Source of the DNA: Vermamoeba vermiformis
Lineage: Eukaryota
NCBI GenBank assembly: GCA_045837725.1
Contig: JBEWZL010000238.1
Span: 310,001 to 374,000 of the forward strand
DNA length: 64,000 bases
Reading direction: 5' to 3'
The translations under genes and the position numbers were made by a program. Within the stretch, counting starts at the first letter, position 1, and the number at the start of each line of letters is the position of its first letter. Of this stretch, positions 59,131-64,000 are shown piece by piece. The notes beneath the pieces are model-generated. The model made no database searches and was not told the origin of the DNA. It saw only the letters and a list, made by a program, of their open reading frames with translations.

Positions 59131-62100
59131 TTATTTCTTGGCTTGAGTCTCAGCGTGAACGACCTTGGTGGACAAGAGCGAAGGGTTGGATTTGTGGCCG
59201 TCAGGGATCTTGAACAAGACCAAAGGAGTGTCATGGCCGAGGATCTTATCGCATCTGAAGTATCCTCTTCGCTCCAATTGGAAGATATCACCCTGTTGAA
59301 TGTTTCGGAGATTCGGATCACCGATGGCGGCAGTGACGAACTTGCTTTGAGCACGAACGACATTCTCCAACTTGTCAGTATCCTCCAATTTAGGCTTGCT
59401 AATCAAGGTATCAAATTCAACCAATTCAACGTTGACGAGGTGCTCGGGGAGATCCGGGATCCAGGTCAACTTGTTCTTAGTGGTACGGAAGTCACCGGTA
59501 GGGTTAGTGACGGCCTCGATGTGAGTGACGGTGCCGTTGGCATCCTTAGTGATCTTCTTGAGGATAATGTTACCCCAGTCCATAAGAGTCAACTGTACAA
59601 AACGTTAGATCCACGTCAACACGGCGATGAAAAAAATTTACTGCGCGAGCACAGAGAGTTCTGAAACTATGTATATGGTGTATTATAATAAACACTTACC
59701 TCTTCGTTGTCAACAAGGCGCTTAGCGTCGTCTTGCTCAATCATGATCTTGTGGAAGTGGAAGACGATCTTCTTGCCCAACTCAGGGTTCTTCTTGTGAC
59801 GAAGAACGGAGATGGCCTCAGGAGTTTGAGGAGCATCAGTCAAAGTAACAGGGCAGCTATAATCAAGCAAACAATTAGTTTCGATTGCCAAGCAACGATC
59901 GAGATCGAAAAAAAAGAAAATCAAAAAGTACATCAGTTGCCAGTAATCAAGTAAAGATCAACATGGGTCTAGTTCTGGACTTGTTCTATCATCAACTGTA
60001 CTTTGTTTAAAACAAATTTCTATTGATAAAAGATCCGCTTTGTACGTATCGTAATTTGCAATAAATTTCTATTGTGGGACGATGTAGGTCGGTCCGCATG
60101 TCTTATAAACACCCCCAATAATTTACTGAAGCGAAAAAGAGGGTTCTATCGTTGATTTGCCAAATAAAGGTAATAAATGTAAAACAGCATGGATCGAGCA
60201 ACTTACGCGTTCTCGCGGGAGATAGCAGTGTAACGAGGGATGATGGGATCAATGTGTTGCTTGTTAAGAGCCCACAACTTGTCCATATCCATCAAGTTGA
60301 CGGCCTTGCTGAAACCTTGGTCGATGATAAAGTCGGTCAAAGCCTTGATGGTAAGACCACGTCTGTTCAAGCCTTGAACGGTGGGGAAGCGAGGATCGTC
60401 CCAACCATCGACAAACTTTTGGTCGACGAACCATTGGAGCTTTCTCTTAGACAAGAGAGTGAAGCTGAAGTTCAAGCGACTGTAATCTTGGATCTTGACA
60501 GGGCGCAACTTCATTGCCTTTTGGAGCTGGTTAAATAAATCATAATTAGTAACATACTCAACGCCTATTAGAGTCACTAATATATATAATCCTCGTCAAT
60601 ATTTCGTTAATTTCAAGCCAAGGGAGCCAGATGCAGATCGCGTAGTTTACATACCCACTTGTATTGCTCATCACGATCGTGGTACTCAGTGGTACGAAGG
60701 GCGTGAGTAACACCTTCAATGCTATCGACGATGGGGCAAGCCATATCATAAGTAGGATAGAGCTTGTACTTGCGACCAGTGCGGTGGTGAGCCTCATCCA
60801 CGCAGCGGTACAAGACAGGGTCACGAAGAGTACCGTTCTTGGACTTCATATCAATCTTGGCACGCAAGCAGTAAGTCTTGCCCTAATAAAGAAGAATAGG
60901 TCAGTCAAAGTCACCGAGAAAAATCGTTTCAAAGTCAGTCGTGCGAATCAGATCCAATTTCGAAAGATTAAAAGCCTTAATCATTGGCTCATATCACTTA
61001 AACATATAATGATCCTTACCAAGGCAGTGCCTTCTTTCATTTCCTTCCACATCTTCTCGTTCTCGTCGAGAGTGTTGTTGCGGTACTTGGACTCGATCAT
61101 GGCCATACGTTGTTTCTTCATTTCTTCGGCCTCAGTAGCATCGCAGTAAGCCAAGCCGTCCTTAATCATTTGCTCGGCGTATTTAAGGATTTCTTCGAAG
61201 AAATCAGAAGTGTGACTGACGACATCAGGCTCAACACCAAGAGTCTTCAAGTCACGCTTAATGTTCTCGACGTACTCAACCTAGATATGATTAATGGTCG
61301 TTAGATATTGTTACAATCATTCAATGTGTCTATTGTAAGTAAAATAAGGTAATTTAAGATAAATGGGTATGTTTCTCGAAAATAAGCTCGATGTAATGCA
61401 CAGTTCAATAAGAATATTGAGCATTAAATCTGTGGGATCGAGAATGTGTTTAATGTTCCGCTCCTTCTTGGTTAAAATGAAAAATATTGTTTTCGTTTCA
61501 TCACCAATGGGTGGTAGCGGGTGAGTGGGTCAGATCCGAGCGCGTTTCCAAAAAAGTAAAATCTCTGCTTACCTTCTCCTTAGCGGGGTTGGTATCGTCG
61601 AAACGGACGATAAGTTTGCCGTTGTATTTGCGGGCATAAAAGTTGTTAAGCAAAGCAGCCTTGCAGTGACCAATGTGCAAGAAACCTGAAGGCTCAGGAG
61701 GAAATCTGGTAACGACTTTGCCCATCTCAGCGCCTTCGAGCTCAACGAAGACACCTTGACCAGCCTTGTCGGTTCCCTTCTTAGCAGCGGCAGCGGTAGG
61801 AGCAGCCTTGTTAATGAAAAAAAATGTTAGCATTTGATCTGATCGGTCTAAAAATATTTTTGTGCGGCTTAGCAAGAACACAATAAGACTCTTTCTTCGT
61901 GCAATCGATGCACACCATGTCTTAGTATAACAACATACCTTTGCGACGGCAGCGAAAGCAGGGATAGATTCCAAATAAGCAAACCAACGAACGACGTTAG
62001 AGCACTTGATCTTCTTGTTCGTGGTGTAGACGCTCTGCCAGAGGGCGCTCTCTGATGAAAATAATTAGTCATGGGTAAGGCAATATTAATGGCGAAAAAA

Positions 62101-62920
62101 GGGTCTTGAGATGCTTTGCATTGGCGAGATCCACGAGGTCGATCGCAAAAATTTGATCGTTGCAAAATTCGACCTCGCCAGCTAAAGCGAGAATAACTAA
62201 ATTTATGCCAAATTATCGTTATATAAATTAATTTATAGTATAATTTAAAATATTGAAATGAATTGAGGTGTTTTATCGTACCTTGCAAGAAAGCCCAGAT
62301 GAAGATGTCAGCGATGGTCAAACTGTAACCAGCGAAGTAAGTTCTCATTTGCAAGTGAGTATTCAAATCCTCCATGCATGCCAAGAACTTCTCTTCGGCA
62401 TGGTGTGTAATCAACTCAGTGAAAACGAACTCCAACCATTGATCAACCTATATCCGAGATCAGCTTCGTGTTTTATGAATGTAAATAGCATAATAGTGTA
62501 ATACTCACCTCAGAGGCTGCCAATGCGCCGTTTCCATAGAGTCCGTGATCGGGGAAAGCACGGGCTAAGTATCTAGCAACGACCAATTCTCCCTTAAGGA
62601 CGTCGCTGTCGGAATAAATAGCAGTTAGTATATCTAATATTTATATGGCGAAATAGAGCATTTGTAATTTGTTTGGAATTTTTTGGACAATAATTGATTT
62701 TCAGATTCTGAAGCCTATTTTAATTTGACAACCGCAACTGCTAATAATTGTATAAATATTCTAATAATTACCCAGAGGGGAAAAACTCGAGTTCAGGGCA
62801 GGCAACTTTATTCTCGGCTCTCCATCTGAGGCCAGGAGCCTTGATCAGATCGGCTAAGATTTGCAAGGCAAGATGTGTTTTGCCTGCTTGGTGTCGTGCA
62901 ACGAATTTAGTGTTCTCCAT
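59131..62920 (-). CDS. Cytosolic glutamyl-tRNA synthetase with an N-terminal GST-like domain
   Basis: [66 protein letters not shown]. Confidence 0.96.
59925..60004 (-). ncRNA. Intronic box C/D snoRNA candidate
   Basis: Terminal stem AAAGTACA/TGTACTTT, C box TGATGA, D box CTGA, C'-like TGTTGA; guide TGATTACTGGCA is antisense to the conserved SSU rRNA 5' end. Confidence 0.8.
61367..61521 (-). ncRNA. Intronic box H/ACA snoRNA candidate
   Basis: Hairpin 1 (CCGCT/AGCGG, TTGGT/ACCAA, ATGAAA/TTTCAT), H box ACATTA, hairpin 2 (TTCTCGA/TCGAGAA, TAATGC/GCATTA, TCAAT/ATTGA), then ACA+3 nt. Confidence 0.65.
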
Positions 62921-63431
62921 CTAGTACAATTAATTGCGTAAGTGACTGCTAATTGATCCAGAGTTGAAAGATTTCGCATCAAATATTTAATAGATAGAAC
63001 TGATAGCCACTAGAGCTGATCCTAGTGAAAGTTGTTTAAGTGTCAGTTGTGGCTTACCTTTTGACAGATCTCGACGACTATTTATACGAGAGGGAGCCAA
63101 ATTTTGGTTCTCACAAATTTAACAGAACCTGAGCGGCACCAAGCGGCATTCGCAGATTAATCACATAATTCTAGAACAACAATGTACTGGACAGGTAAGG
63201 TTTCTAGAAGGTTATTAATGCAAGGGTAGCAGTAACGAATTTTTATTAGTTTGTCGAGATCCGGATCGAAAAGAAGGAACACAGTTCTCCGTGTCGTGGC
63301 ATTTGCATACTGCATATTCTTGCACGTACTGTTAATGTTATATAGGGTTACATAGTGCAAGGAAGCAAAGAGTTCTTCGCCGGCCAGGGAGAAAAATATC
63401 TTGACACGAGTCCATTGTCTTTTCAGCGAAA

Positions 63432-64000
63432 TTACTTCTTCCAGTGCTCAAACGCGTATTTAATCTGTTCGTAGAGCGTGAAACCAAGGGCTGTTTGCGC
63501 GATAGCTTTCATGATGGACGGCGCCGTGCCTTTGTAGAACGCACGAAGACCCTCAGTTTGGATGATGTGTTTTGTCATGTGCACGACCTTGGCTTGGACT
63601 GGTGGTTTGTGATCGGGCTTTAGTCCGTGGATCTACACAATAGGAAGTATTAGGCGACATTATAAGGTATACTAAGCGTTCTGACATACCTGCAATCGCT
63701 TCTTCAACACGTCTAATGGCAACACCGCTAATTTTCCTGCGAGACCTGCAATGCCTCCAGAGAGCATTTGCTGCGTTACTCCTTCGTGCTATTGATACAT
63801 AATTAGTCATGTGCATCGATTTATAACTTACAATTATAAGGATTATTGTTGATACGACACTTACTGTAAAAAGAGTTTTCAATTTATTGTATGTTGCAAA
63901 TTGTATTGCGGTAGTGGGGACGATTTGAGCGAGTGATGGGGACATTCCTTTATAAAATCCACGAATGCCTTCTTTGTGCAAAATCTTTCGATACGCCTCT
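63432..64000 (-). CDS. Mitochondrial carrier (SLC25), 3' part; resembles the thiamine pyrophosphate carrier
   Basis: EGIRGFYKGMSPSL..IVP...QFATY; PLDVLKKRLQ; EGLRAFYKG..PSIMKA. Confidence 0.85.

Noticed and set aside
60030-60150. Second H/ACA RNA upstream of the C/D candidate
   Set aside because: One plausible hairpin and ATAAGA, but the second hairpin and ACA placement are weak.
59143-61149. Long plus-strand ORFs (173, 128 and 161 aa)
   Set aside because: Antisense shadows of codon-biased GluRS exons.
61400-61425. U17/snR30 identity from ATATTCTTA
   Set aside because: The motif lies in the apical loop and the partner m2 motif is absent.

Overview
Compact, intron-rich genomic DNA from a microbial eukaryote. 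It has short GT-AG introns with CTAAC-like branch points and Asn-rich low-complexity tracts, and encodes HRDLAARN tyrosine-kinase-type receptors; an amoebozoan origin is plausible but only inferred. About 28 protein genes can be assembled by hand. Housekeeping genes: rps24, eIF1, GINS Psf3, glutamyl-tRNA synthetase, an SLC25 carrier, an ABCC transporter and a FEX fluoride exporter. Other genes: a GT4 glycosyltransferase, a RING-H2 ligase, several kinases, two tandem receptor kinases and a cellular RNA-dependent RNA polymerase. RNA genes: tRNA-Asp(GTC) and two candidate intronic snoRNAs. The most unusual block is 36.4-41.8 kb, where an intronless M6 metalloprotease and an intronless 2-TM protein are transcribed divergently from a promoter with direct and inverted copies of one element, next to a Crinkler/RHS-like degenerate NTPase+REase gene. 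Also notable: GT4 and FEX are in frame and separated by a single TAA, and a TGACACSTGTCA palindrome recurs only in introns. Exon structures were read by eye, so gene termini are approximate where stated.
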